Part shown: piece by piece, positions 7,796-17,047 of the stretch
How positions within the stretch are numbered: position 1 is the first letter of the stretch
Layout: the number at the start of each line of letters is the position of its first letter
Source of the DNA: a virus
IMG/VR virus record: IMGVR_UViG_3300021963_000029
Span: 116,815 to 180,814 of that record
Length of the DNA stretch: 64,000 nucleotides
Strand: one strand, 5' to 3'
Made by a program: the position numbers and the translations under genes
The notes under the pieces: generated by a model
Told to the model about the DNA's origin: nothing
Databases searched by the model: none
What the model saw: the letters and a program-made list of their open reading frames with translations, nothing else

Positions 7796-9811
7796 TTATC
7801 CAATAGCTCCAAGTATTCCCATCTGAGTTTCATAACTATACATATCAGATCTGTTGCTTGCACTAACACTTGCCAAAGCAGAACTCCCTGCTGGGTTAGC
7901 AGAACCAAGACCATCTGCTCCTGCCATTTGAGGAACTGGGATCACAGCAACTCTAGGTCCTGACCCTGCACTAGAAGATAATTGTCTTCCTTGTGGTCTT
8001 GCTGGTTGTGCTGGAGGGGCAGGTTGAGCAGGAGGAGGTGGAGCAGATCTTGCACCTAAACTTCTTCTACCTTCTTGTAAATCTCCTTGAGTGACTTTAG
8101 AATTAGTAGTCCAAGCAGACCATCCTGAACCTCTCAATACTTTTAAAGCTGCCTGAGCATTAGTCACTGGATCCTTTAGTTGCTCATAATTTGTAATTCC
8201 AAATTCTTGCATTCTTGCTGGTCCAAGTCTTCCTATCATATTAATTTGCCACAGACCATATGAATTGTCAGATCCTCCTCTGAGATAACTATCATTGTGA
8301 GCACCAGCTCTACCACCAGATTCATACTTTGCAATAGCAGCTAATCTTACTGCTTCCTCATCAGTAGCTCCAACTTTTTTAGCAAGATCTACAAGTTGTG
8401 CATTATTAAATTGAGGACCAGTGACAGTACCTCTCATTGATGGATCCATGTTAACTTCACCTGTTCCAATAGGAGGATTAGGTGTTTGTTGTGCACCTGC
8501 TCCTCCTCCACCGCCTCCACCACCCCCACGATCTTTCTTAGTTAGAAGTAGTTCTACTGCCTTTTCAAATTTTTCATTTAAAGTTTGAAACTTTTTAAGA
8601 TCAGTTTGTGTTATAGTTCCTATTGCATCTGAAGTTAATGCTTTTTGCTCTGCAGTAACCTCTTCAAGTCTTGTTTGTGAGGCATCAACTTCTCCTTCTT
8701 CTCCTTGTGATGCTGCAAAAGCACCACCCAAAGCAAGAGCACCAGTGCCAAGTGCTGCCATCTTACCAAACTTACCTATACCAATACCAGGACCTCTTGA
8801 CATTCCTCCAGGGACTCTTGGTGTTCTAGCACCAAACATATTTTTACCAAATCCTTTGAGCAGACTTTTTAATACTGCTCCAGCAACCATTGCTCCTATC
8901 TGAGGTAGGAAAGTAATTCCTATACCCATAAAGGATTTAAAAACTTGTCCCCAGTCTCCTCTAACTAAAGCATCTAATAAATTAAATGCTGCTAATGATC
9001 TAATGGCACCACCAACTCCAGAAAAGAAATTACCAACAAATGGTTTTATAATATCTTTTAATTCTTTTTTATTATCTCCAAGATCTTTTCTTGGAAGTTT
9101 TCTTCCTCTATTTGCTACTCTCTTTCTATAGTCTTCTATTTCTTTTTTATTAGTTTCTTTAGTTTGCTTATAGTCTTCTTCTATTATTTCTTTAATTCTA
9201 TCTAAGTTGTCTCCAATTTGAACAAGATCTAAAGTTAATCTTCCTAATGAAGATGAAATTGCTTTTGGAGCTACTGGTCCTTGAGATTCTTCTGAAGTAG
9301 CTGCCTGAGAAACCCCTGCAGGAACAGCTCTTTTGGGAACTATCCCTGTCATTCTGGTAGTTTTTAATGCTACTTTTCTTCCAGGTCTAAAGGTAGATTC
9401 AGGTCTAGAAATAAATGATTGTGCTTTCTGTTTTTTTTGTTCTTGTATTTCTTTTAATCTAGATTCTATTGCAGCATCTTCAATCTTTTGATTGGTTTGT
9501 TGCTGGAATGGTTTCTCAAGAAACTCTTCTACCAACCATTTCTGATATGCTTCATTGTTATATGCTCCACCATACTTATCATTTTGATTTAGTTGTGGAT
9601 ACTTACCATACTTCTTGATATTTGCAATCAATCTATCTGCATCAGCATTACTAAGTTTTGTATAAGATGTAAAGTTCTCTCTTAACCCTTCAACTTGTCT
9701 ACCAGTTAATCTACCTTTTAATCTTGCCCAAGTTATTTCACCAACCTTATTAGCAGGCCAATAAGGTTGCTGTGGATCTAATATTCCTTCTGGTGGTGAT
9801 GTAATATTCAT
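7796..9811 (-). CDS. Large tail-associated (tape-measure-like) protein with lytic transglycosylase domain
   Basis: AIAKYESGG..DNSYGLWQINM..DPVTNAQAA..GWSAWT SLT-like motif; coiled-coil N-half. Confidence 0.8.
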   Translation of the reverse strand: MNITSPPEGILDPQQPYWPANKVGEITWARLKGRLTGRQVEGLRENFTSYTKLSNADADRLIANIKKYGKYPQLNQNDKYGGAYNNEAYQKWLVEEFLEKPFQQQTNQKIEDAAIESRLKEIQEQKKQKAQSFISRPESTFRPGRKVALKTTRMTGIVPKRAVPAGVSQAATSEESQGPVAPKAISSSLGRLTLDLVQIGDNLDRIKEIIEEDYKQTKETNKKEIEDYRKRVANRGRKLPRKDLGDNKKELKDIIKPFVGNFFSGVGGAIRSLAAFNLLDALVRGDWGQVFKSFMGIGITFLPQIGAMVAGAVLKSLLKGFGKNMFGARTPRVPGGMSRGPGIGIGKFGKMAALGTGALALGGAFAASQGEEGEVDASQTRLEEVTAEQKALTSDAIGTITQTDLKKFQTLNEKFEKAVELLLTKKDRGGGGGGGGGAGAQQTPNPPIGTGEVNMDPSMRGTVTGPQFNNAQLVDLAKKVGATDEEAVRLAAIAKYESGGRAGAHNDSYLRGGSDNSYGLWQINMIGRLGPARMQEFGITNYEQLKDPVTNAQAALKVLRGSGWSAWTTNSKVTQGDLQEGRRSLGARSAPPPPAQPAPPAQPARPQGRQLSSSAGSGPRVAVIPVPQMAGADGLGSANPAGSSALASVSASNRSDMYSYETQMGILGAIG

Positions 9812-9999
9812 CTATTTGCTTTAGCAGCTTTTTCTTCCTCTTCTCTTATATAATTTTCTAACAGGGAAAGATAAATCTCTCTTTCCCATGGAATCATATT
9901 TTCAATCTCTGTCAAAGAGTATTTATGATGCTGCATCAAGGCAAAATTAGTTCTATAGTATGCCTCTAGATCTTCATGACCAAGGACTAACCGAAAAAA
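9808..9999 (-). CDS. gp51: gp51-like baseplate hub assembly chaperone frame (first ATG at 9936; probably reached by -1 frameshift from gp26)
   Basis: (FFR)LVLGHEDLEAYYRTNFALMQHHKYSLTEIENMIPWEREIYLSLLENYIREEEEKAAKANR; TGA overlaps next ATG; missed by ORF track. Confidence 0.8.
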   Translation of the reverse strand, partial: FFRLVLGHEDLEAYYRTNFALMQHHKYSLTEIENMIPWEREIYLSLLENYIREEEEKAAKANR

Positions 10000-10715
10000 C
10001 TGGACAATCCCTCCAGAACAATCTCATTGTCTTTTCCAGTAACTGGATTCTTGACTGTCATAGTGTGAGTTAGTTTTGGCATAGTATCAAAGAAAGTTTC
10101 AATTTGTTTAAATTGATTTGAATCAAAAGTTTCCAACCACTCTACCAATTCTTTTTTGGTTACGTCACTACCAGACCAAGTTTCATCTGCAGTGTATACC
10201 ATATCAATACATGATGCAACAATTTCAAAAGACTTATTGATAGTTTCTTTGCTACTGTTAGCATTAAAATTAAAGTTATTATCAATAAACTCTTGGAGAG
10301 ATGGGTACTTCATCTTCACCATAATTTTATCATCTACTTTGATTTCAGATGTATGTTCCTCTGGGAACTTAACTTCAATGTCTGTAATGTCAACAGAACA
10401 TTCTACTTGGGTTTCTCCATCATCAGGACAAGTGATTACAAGTTCTACTGCTTCCCCAACAGACTTTGCTCTGATGTTCAGGAACAGATACTCAATATCA
10501 AAACTTGGAAGAGTATCAATTCTAATTCCTTTTGTTAAGACACATTCCTTCAAAACATTTTTAACTGCTCTGGTGATCTCTTCAGAACTATTGCTCTCCA
10601 TAGCAAGGATAAGAATCTTTTCCTCTTTGACTAGGAAAGGTCTATATGAAATTTTCTTTTTGTTTGAAGGTAAAATCAACTCATAAGTTGGAGTTGCAAT
10701 CTTTGGTAAAGGCAT
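9987..10715 (-). CDS. gp26: Baseplate hub subunit/assembly chaperone gp26
   Basis: MPLPKIATPTYEL..YRPFLVKEEKILILA..FDIEYLFLNIRAKSVGE..LEGLSSFFG. Confidence 0.92.
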   Translation of the reverse strand: MPLPKIATPTYELILPSNKKKISYRPFLVKEEKILILAMESNSSEEITRAVKNVLKECVLTKGIRIDTLPSFDIEYLFLNIRAKSVGEAVELVITCPDDGETQVECSVDITDIEVKFPEEHTSEIKVDDKIMVKMKYPSLQEFIDNNFNFNANSSKETINKSFEIVASCIDMVYTADETWSGSDVTKKELVEWLETFDSNQFKQIETFFDTMPKLTHTMTVKNPVTGKDNEIVLEGLSSFFG

Positions 10716-10740
10716 AATGTCCTATAGATTTCAGTAATGT

Positions 10741-10747
10741 TATTTAG
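10741..10747 (-). promoter_or_regulatory. T4-type late promoter
   Basis: CTAAATA about 25 nt upstream of gp26 ATG. Confidence 0.6.
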
Positions 10748-11604
10748 TTGGTTGGTGCTGGTGGTCCTTGTAGTGCAGGAGTTACAGGGGATCCACTTCT
10801 ATTCTGAGATCTCAATCTCATCTCTCTAAGTTCATCTATTTGTTGCTGTAAACTTGGAAGTTGTGGATATCCATCAGGGAACTCTGCCTCTGAAGCACCA
10901 GCAGTTCCTGTAGGAGCAGCTGGTGCATTACCTCCAGGTCCAATTACAGTTCCAGATGGTGATCCATTTTCTTCTACTCCAGGATCAGTGCCAAGTGCAA
11001 ATCTATTTGATTGGTAGTTATAAACATCATAGTTAAATGTAACTGTCGTCTTTAGTATACTTGCTCCATCATATGAAACTGGAATAGAAATTAAATTAGA
11101 TGGAAAAGCATTTCTTAAAGTATAAGTAACACTCTTTGCTGGAGGACCATAGACTCCTTCCTTTACAAGTCTTTGATCTTTCTGTCTAAACTGCCTTTCA
11201 AATTTAGTGATAATAACTTCACGTTCATATGAAGATGCATAGTTATGTCTTACATAGGAATTACTTACTGATCCTACATTTACAGAAACACTATTCATCC
11301 ATGCTTCAAAATAGTTGATAACATCATAATTTTGATCAACATAGAAACTTACATCTACTGGAGGATAAACTCTCTTAGTTGGATATTGCTCAGTCCTACC
11401 CATTCTATCACCATAAACTTGTCCCAGTTCATATGAAGTTCCTGGCAACACAGCATCATAAGCTAAAAAATTAATTGTACTATTGCTTACACCACCAAAT
11501 TCTCCTGCAACAAACACATCAAATGTATTTGTTAGTGCAGGTTTAAATTTTTTTACCAGTTCATCAGTTTTAAAATATAGATTTGTGTATGGGTTAACTG
11601 CCAT
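10744..11604 (-). CDS. Tail tube initiator/tail-tube-like protein (gp54/gp19 family) with Pro/Gly-rich C-tail
   Basis: AVLPG..YPPVDVSFYVD..YFEAWMN..YTLRNAFP..IPVSY..TVTFNY. Confidence 0.75.
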   Translation of the reverse strand: MAVNPYTNLYFKTDELVKKFKPALTNTFDVFVAGEFGGVSNSTINFLAYDAVLPGTSYELGQVYGDRMGRTEQYPTKRVYPPVDVSFYVDQNYDVINYFEAWMNSVSVNVGSVSNSYVRHNYASSYEREVIITKFERQFRQKDQRLVKEGVYGPPAKSVTYTLRNAFPSNLISIPVSYDGASILKTTVTFNYDVYNYQSNRFALGTDPGVEENGSPSGTVIGPGGNAPAAPTGTAGASEAEFPDGYPQLPSLQQQIDELREMRLRSQNRSGSPVTPALQGPPAPTN

Positions 11605-11611
11605 CTAAATA
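11605..11611 (+). promoter_or_regulatory. T4-type late promoter
   Basis: CTAAATA upstream of gp4. Confidence 0.55.
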
Positions 11612-11635
11612 GTGAGAGTGTCCTATATTATATGT

Positions 11636-12070
11636 ATGAGCTATAAAGGAAGATTTAAACCTTCCTTCCCACAAAAATATATTGGAGATCAACAAAATAT
11701 AATCTACAGGTCTTTGTGGGAATTGAAGTTTATGAACTACTGTGATAAGAATGAAAATATTTTAAAGTGGTCAAGTGAAGAGATTTGGATTCCATACTTA
11801 TCTCCATTAGATAATAGAATACACAAATACTTTCCTGACTTTTATATCAAATACATTGACAAAAATAAAGTTACTAAAGAAAGTTTAATAGAAGTTAAAC
11901 CAAAGAGACAAGTTAATGGTCCCTCTGTTGGAAAGAGAGTCACAAAAAAACAACTTGTTGAGATGAAAGAGTTCTCAAAGAACCAAGCAAAATGGAAAGC
12001 TGCCAAAGAATTCTGTGCTGATAGAAGATGGGAATTTCAAATTTTAACGGAGGATAATCTTGGCATATAA
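11636..12070 (+). CDS. gp4: Head completion nuclease gp4
   Basis: MSYKGRFKP..IIYRSLWELKFMNYCD..WSSEEI..YFPDF..IEVKP..NQAKWKAA. Confidence 0.92.
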   Translation: MSYKGRFKPSFPQKYIGDQQNIIYRSLWELKFMNYCDKNENILKWSSEEIWIPYLSPLDNRIHKYFPDFYIKYIDKNKVTKESLIEVKPKRQVNGPSVGKRVTKKQLVEMKEFSKNQAKWKAAKEFCADRRWEFQILTEDNLGI

Positions 12071-12617
12071 GACTATCTTTGAACAAGTCAAAGAAAAAGC
12101 ACAAGGCAATCCTACAAGAGAGTGGTATAGAACAGAAGTCTTTGCCGCTAAAACTATCCAGTATGAAAATGATCCTGGTAAATTAGTAACAGAAGAAAGA
12201 GTTGATGAACAAGGTGATGTTCTTAAAAGAGACAAAAATGTAATGAGGGTTTACCCCAGACTATTCAGTCTGATGTTGTATAGTTACAAAGCAAAATATA
12301 GAGAAGACCTTCCTTACTATGACAAATATCCGTTGGCATTTGTCCTTGATGTAAACCCAAGGTCGTTCTTTGCTGTCAATCTACATTACTATACACCATC
12401 ACAAAGAATAGGAATAGTTCAAAGTTTAGCAGAAAATAAGATTCCAAGATTTGAAAAAGGAGCACATAAATATTTACTATCAGAGGTAAAAACTCCATAC
12501 TTACATCTTGCAGAACAAGAATGGGAAACAATATGTGCCTTACCACTAGAAGAATTTGTTATGGACTTGGGTGGAGTAGAGATACCAATTCCATCAAATA
12601 AGGTGTGGGGTAGATAA
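12060..12617 (+). CDS. gp2: DNA end protector protein gp2-like
   Basis: YSYKAKY..LPYYDKYPLAF..AVNLHY..HKYLLSEV. Confidence 0.85.
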   Translation: MAYKTIFEQVKEKAQGNPTREWYRTEVFAAKTIQYENDPGKLVTEERVDEQGDVLKRDKNVMRVYPRLFSLMLYSYKAKYREDLPYYDKYPLAFVLDVNPRSFFAVNLHYYTPSQRIGIVQSLAENKIPRFEKGAHKYLLSEVKTPYLHLAEQEWETICALPLEEFVMDLGGVEIPIPSNKVWGR

Positions 12618-14339
12618 ATGGCAACAACATTACCAGCAGGATGGAGTAAAAATACAGCAGATGGAGCTATATCCCAAGGAATTCCAAATGAATATCAGGC
12701 AGGATTTCCTGGATTATTTGGGCAAAAATGGGTAGTTAATGTTAATACTCAAACAGGACAAAGACAAATATATTCTGACAATGGATTGTTTGGAAGAAGT
12801 CTTGTTGCCACAGTCAATGCTAATGGAACTGTAACAAAAAACCAACCAAATTACAACAATATAGCAGAATTACCAAGTGGACAATCAAGATTAAAATTAG
12901 CTATTGATACCAGTAGAGACTTTGCAAATAAAATTGTAGGGTCTGTTGGAACTGAACAACAAAAAACAGGTCTTGCAAATCAAAAAGAATATGGAAAATT
13001 AAAATCTGGACTTCAAGGGAATCAAGGACCTGCATCTCCAGGTGGAGGATCTCAAGACACAGGAGGTCCAAATGCTGGTGCTCAGGGAGCACAAGGTGCT
13101 CAAGGTGTTCCTACAGAACAAGCATTAGGAACATTTAGAGATGTCTCTAACTTCCAGTCTACTACCAGTGCGGATAGCTATGGAACTGCATGGAGATATC
13201 CTGAAAATATGAATGGTAACCAAGATTTCATGATGATATCTGCATACAAATATCAAGTTGCTGATGTCTTTGCAGGGTCTGATGGAACATCAAATATTAA
13301 TTCAGGACAAATATTTGGAGGTGCAAACATATCATCAAGAGCAAATCAAACTAAAGAAAGACTTGGACAAGTTATACTTCCAATGCCTGCAAATATTTCA
13401 GAAGCAAATCAAACTGGATGGGGAGAAGATACTTTAAGTGGATTAACTGCAGGAATGATGGGAGCTGCTACAGGAGCAGTAAAATCTATTGCTCAAGGTG
13501 ATTTATTTGGGGCAGGATCAGTTACAATTGATACTGCAAAAGCTGTTTTAAATGATAAAAACCCAGCAAAAGGAACAATACAGCAGTTGTTAACTCTAAA
13601 TGCTGCTGCAGCTGCTATTAAAAAACTTGGGTTGCAAGTAAACACAGAGGCATATAGATCAAGGGTTACAGGAACAGTTATAAATCCCAACCTTGAGATG
13701 CTTTTCAATGGTCCTAAACTAAGAGCATTTCAATTTACATATAAACTTGCTCCAAGAAGTCCAAGTGAAGCAAAACAAATTAGAGGTATTATTAAATTCT
13801 TCAAGAAAGCAATGGCTCCAAGAAGAGCAACAGTAGGAGAGGATGCATTTTTCCTTGGTGCTCCTGATGTGTTCCAGATTAAATTTATGAATGGTAAAAG
13901 AGAACACCCAGGACTCCCAAGTTTAAAGACATGTGCTTTAGTTAACTTCAGCGTTAACTATACTGCAGATGGTTTTTACTCTGCTTATCTAGATGGTCAA
14001 CCTATATCAGTTGAAATTAGTATGAGCTTTGCTGAACTTACTCCAATATATAATGATAACTATGGAATTGTCAATGGTGATGATGTTGGATTTGGTGATG
14101 TTGATGTTGATCAATTAGAAAATCCAAGATTTCCAGTGAATGATATAAATCAACAACAAAATGCAGCAAATAATTCTCAACCTAGAAGACAAGATCCATC
14201 TCAACCAGGAGCAGGAACTGCAGCAGGATCTCCAGTACCTCCTCTTGTAACTGGAGTTGATGATACTGTAGGATCTCCAAACAATAGACCACCTTTAGCA
14301 GGATCTCCAGGATCATCATTAGCACTACCAGCAAACTAA
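12618..14339 (+). CDS. gp48: Baseplate tail-tube cap gp48 with low-complexity N- and C-terminal extensions
   Basis: LPMPANISE..W..NPNLEMLFNGPKLRAFQFTYKLAPRS..EAKQIRGIIKFFK. Confidence 0.85.
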   Translation: MATTLPAGWSKNTADGAISQGIPNEYQAGFPGLFGQKWVVNVNTQTGQRQIYSDNGLFGRSLVATVNANGTVTKNQPNYNNIAELPSGQSRLKLAIDTSRDFANKIVGSVGTEQQKTGLANQKEYGKLKSGLQGNQGPASPGGGSQDTGGPNAGAQGAQGAQGVPTEQALGTFRDVSNFQSTTSADSYGTAWRYPENMNGNQDFMMISAYKYQVADVFAGSDGTSNINSGQIFGGANISSRANQTKERLGQVILPMPANISEANQTGWGEDTLSGLTAGMMGAATGAVKSIAQGDLFGAGSVTIDTAKAVLNDKNPAKGTIQQLLTLNAAAAAIKKLGLQVNTEAYRSRVTGTVINPNLEMLFNGPKLRAFQFTYKLAPRSPSEAKQIRGIIKFFKKAMAPRRATVGEDAFFLGAPDVFQIKFMNGKREHPGLPSLKTCALVNFSVNYTADGFYSAYLDGQPISVEISMSFAELTPIYNDNYGIVNGDDVGFGDVDVDQLENPRFPVNDINQQQNAANNSQPRRQDPSQPGAGTAAGSPVPPLVTGVDDTVGSPNNRPPLAGSPGSSLALPAN

Positions 14340-14340
14340 T

Positions 14341-15111
14341 ATGACATACTTCAGAAACTTCTCAGAACTTCTATACCAATCACCACTATCAAATAGAACA
14401 TCTTCTTATGACTATGTAAGAGCAAAAAATATATTTCGTAGAGCAAAGATCAGAGAAGATATATTCCAAGCAGCAGTTGCATTTGATAAGTATAAAATTG
14501 TTGGAGAAGAAAGACCAGATCAAGTATCTAAAAAAGTCTATGGTAGTTCTGAATATGATTGGGTAATTTTATTATCCAATAACATCATTAACATCAGAGA
14601 AGAATGGCCTTTATCTGACTCTGAGTTTAATACTTACATAGCAACAAAGTATACTGCAGCAGAACTAGGAGCAGTTCATCACTATGAGACTGTTGCATAC
14701 TTTGATACAAGAGGAAAATTAATTGTCCCAGCTGGCAAAACAGTAGACTCTAATTTTAGTGTAACCTACTTTGACTATGATGTACAAGATCAAGAGATTG
14801 TTGGAGAACCATATACCTTTGATTCATCCACAACTAAATTTGATTCTAATCTAGTTAGATTTGATATGGATGAACAGATTGTAATAAGACAAGGAAAACC
14901 ATACACAATTAACCCAGTAAAATCAGTTAGTGTTTATGAGTATGAGATTGCTAAAAATGAAGAGAAGAGAACAATCTTTGTACTCAAACCAAGGTATCTA
15001 CAGACAATTATAGATGATCTAAATGAGATCATGAACTATGGATTCTCATCTCAGTATGTAGATAAGAAAACTAAAAAGGGAGATGAACTAAGAGTCATCT
15101 CCCCAAGATAA
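14341..15111 (+). CDS. gp53: Baseplate wedge subunit gp53
   Basis: MTYFRNF..ERPDQVSKKVYGSSEYDWVILLSNNIIN..EWPL..VHHYET. Confidence 0.9.
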   Translation: MTYFRNFSELLYQSPLSNRTSSYDYVRAKNIFRRAKIREDIFQAAVAFDKYKIVGEERPDQVSKKVYGSSEYDWVILLSNNIINIREEWPLSDSEFNTYIATKYTAAELGAVHHYETVAYFDTRGKLIVPAGKTVDSNFSVTYFDYDVQDQEIVGEPYTFDSSTTKFDSNLVRFDMDEQIVIRQGKPYTINPVKSVSVYEYEIAKNEEKRTIFVLKPRYLQTIIDDLNEIMNYGFSSQYVDKKTKKGDELRVISPR

Positions 15112-16032
15112 TCATTCTTCAGCCAGTCTCTGGAAGTAACTCAGAGCATCATCATCTTCATCATCAGAAGAGGATGAAGGACTTTGTTTTTGAGTCCCAC
15201 CATACTTTCCCTGCAGGACCTCTTCATTTGTAGGGACAGGACCACGATCCTCATCCTCATCATCAAATGATTCATCTTGCTTAGGAGCAACCTTCTTACC
15301 AAGAACTGCTTTCAGACGAGCATCAAGTTGCTCATAGGACTTAAAGGTTTCTGGTTTGACAAACTCTTGCAGAGAATAAGACTTCTTCCAGATTGCTTCA
15401 AGCACATCATCATCAAAGTCACCAAGCACAGAGGTTGATTCAAACTCAGACTTGTCATAGTTCCAGTAACCATCTTTCTTGGTGATCTTCACTTTGAAGT
15501 TAGCACCATTCCAGAAGTCAAAAGGATCAATGGGAGTCTCATCATCAAACTCAGGTTGCATTGCAGCAGAGATCTTATCAAAGATCTTCTTGCCATACTT
15601 GAACAGGAACACCTTACCTTCATTCTCAGGGTGTGCCTTGTCACTCACAACATAGATGTTGCTGTAGTAAGAAAGTTTACGCTTCCTTTGACGAACAATT
15701 TCTTGGTTTGCTTTGCTGCCAGTGTTCCACAGTTCACGATTTGCTTCACACACTGGGCACTGCTGACCAATGGTGGTGAGACAGTTATCAATGAACCAAC
15801 CACCAGTCCCTTGGAAGGCATGGTTGTACACCTTTGCCCAAGGAAGTTCTTCACCCTCAGGGGCAGGAAGGAATCGAATAACTGCAAATCCATTACCTGC
15901 TTTGTCCACTTCAGGTTTCCACAGACGATCATCAGTGGAACCACTTGAAGTATTCATCTTCTCTACTTCTTGTACCAGTTTAGAAGTCAGAGAACCAAGC
16001 TTGGATTGTTTTTTAAGATCGGCAAATGCCAT
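15112..16032 (-). CDS. gp32: Single-stranded DNA-binding protein gp32
   Basis: DDRLWK..GNGFAVIRFLP..CLTTIGQQCPVCE..FDFWNGANFKVK..NYDKSEF; acidic tail. Confidence 0.97.
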   Translation of the reverse strand: MAFADLKKQSKLGSLTSKLVQEVEKMNTSSGSTDDRLWKPEVDKAGNGFAVIRFLPAPEGEELPWAKVYNHAFQGTGGWFIDNCLTTIGQQCPVCEANRELWNTGSKANQEIVRQRKRKLSYYSNIYVVSDKAHPENEGKVFLFKYGKKIFDKISAAMQPEFDDETPIDPFDFWNGANFKVKITKKDGYWNYDKSEFESTSVLGDFDDDVLEAIWKKSYSLQEFVKPETFKSYEQLDARLKAVLGKKVAPKQDESFDDEDEDRGPVPTNEEVLQGKYGGTQKQSPSSSSDDEDDDALSYFQRLAEE

Positions 16033-16081
16033 TTGGATTACCTCGGATTAATTGGATTGATCTGATTAGGATCAGAGGACT

Positions 16082-16110
16082 ATCCTACCATGGGCAGGAT
16101 CCTCTGTCAA
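16082..16110 (-). promoter_or_regulatory. Sigma70-type promoter of gp32 (late motif ATAAATA also at 16114-16120)
   Basis: TTGACA-17nt-TAGGAT. Confidence 0.7.
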
Positions 16111-16116
16111 TGCTAT

Positions 16117-16452
16117 TTATCTGCCTCTCTGAGCAGTCTTTCTGAGTCCATCAATGGTTTGCCTCATAGAGGAGAATACCATGGAGATATCAGGGTTAGG
16201 ACCAAACCCTAAGATCTTTGCAGACTCTACCATCTGCTCCTTCATTTTAACTGCATCAGGATCATCAGAAAGAGACAGTCTAGTATACAGAATTTGTTGC
16301 TTCTCCAGCAGATCATCAAGAAGATTAATGTGTGCTAACTTCTCATCTACATCCATATCAAAGAAAGAAGGGATCTCCTTGACAATCTTTCTTTGAATTT
16401 CTGCAATCTCGTCCATTTCTTTTTGGACCATTTCTGAATTGAAAAATGACAT
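16117..16452 (-). CDS. DUF1825-like cyanobacterial/cyanophage protein
   Basis: MSFFNSEMVQKE..LLEKQQILYTRLSLSDD pattern recalled for this family. Confidence 0.65.
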   Translation of the reverse strand: MSFFNSEMVQKEMDEIAEIQRKIVKEIPSFFDMDVDEKLAHINLLDDLLEKQQILYTRLSLSDDPDAVKMKEQMVESAKILGFGPNPDISMVFSSMRQTIDGLRKTAQRGR

Positions 16453-16453
16453 C

Positions 16454-17047
16454 TCAATCTCCTATAATTGTGCCCTTTAAAATCTTCTTATATCTGAACA
16501 CATCGATATTTAGAAATGGTGTGTACTTCCTAATCTTTAAGGACACAGATTCCCAAATAGGATCTAAAAGTTTCTTGTCAAAATTATTCCTGATCAGGAA
16601 TATTCTATCATAGATCACTAGTGTTTCAGGTGAAATGTTCCCGCTCAGGAACTTTTTTAATACAGGTGGATGACCCTTAGAACAATCAAATGCTTGGTCT
16701 AAAGTATACTCAGAGAACAAAGTCTCAGACTCTTGGGTAAAAATATACTGCAGACTCTGCTGCCTCTTGACCCACTCCTTGTAGTAACCTTCCCCTGCTC
16801 TGATGACATTACCAATCCAAAGACTGTTGGGATCATCTGCTTCTACAAAATTAGCGATGTAGAAGTTTTTAATCTCCTCATCGCTCTTTTGTCTGCTAAG
16901 TTTTTCAAACCAATACTTGTCTTTTCTTTTATTGAATGTCTCTACTGATGCTCTAGACTTACCTGCATATTTGTGATAATCATATTTCTCTTTACTAAAA
17001 TGATTTTTCAATGCAAGGTATTGCTTGTAAGCATCAAAAGGTGTCAT
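16454..17047 (-). CDS. gp59: Helicase loader gp59
   Basis: AYKQYLALKNHF..YDYHKY..FNKRKDKYWFEKL..ISPETLVI. Confidence 0.92.
   Translation of the reverse strand: MTPFDAYKQYLALKNHFSKEKYDYHKYAGKSRASVETFNKRKDKYWFEKLSRQKSDEEIKNFYIANFVEADDPNSLWIGNVIRAGEGYYKEWVKRQQSLQYIFTQESETLFSEYTLDQAFDCSKGHPPVLKKFLSGNISPETLVIYDRIFLIRNNFDKKLLDPIWESVSLKIRKYTPFLNIDVFRYKKILKGTIIGD

Noticed and set aside
15556-16051. Several overlapping ORFs opposite or within gp32
   Set aside because: Shadows of a strongly biased gene; no independent support
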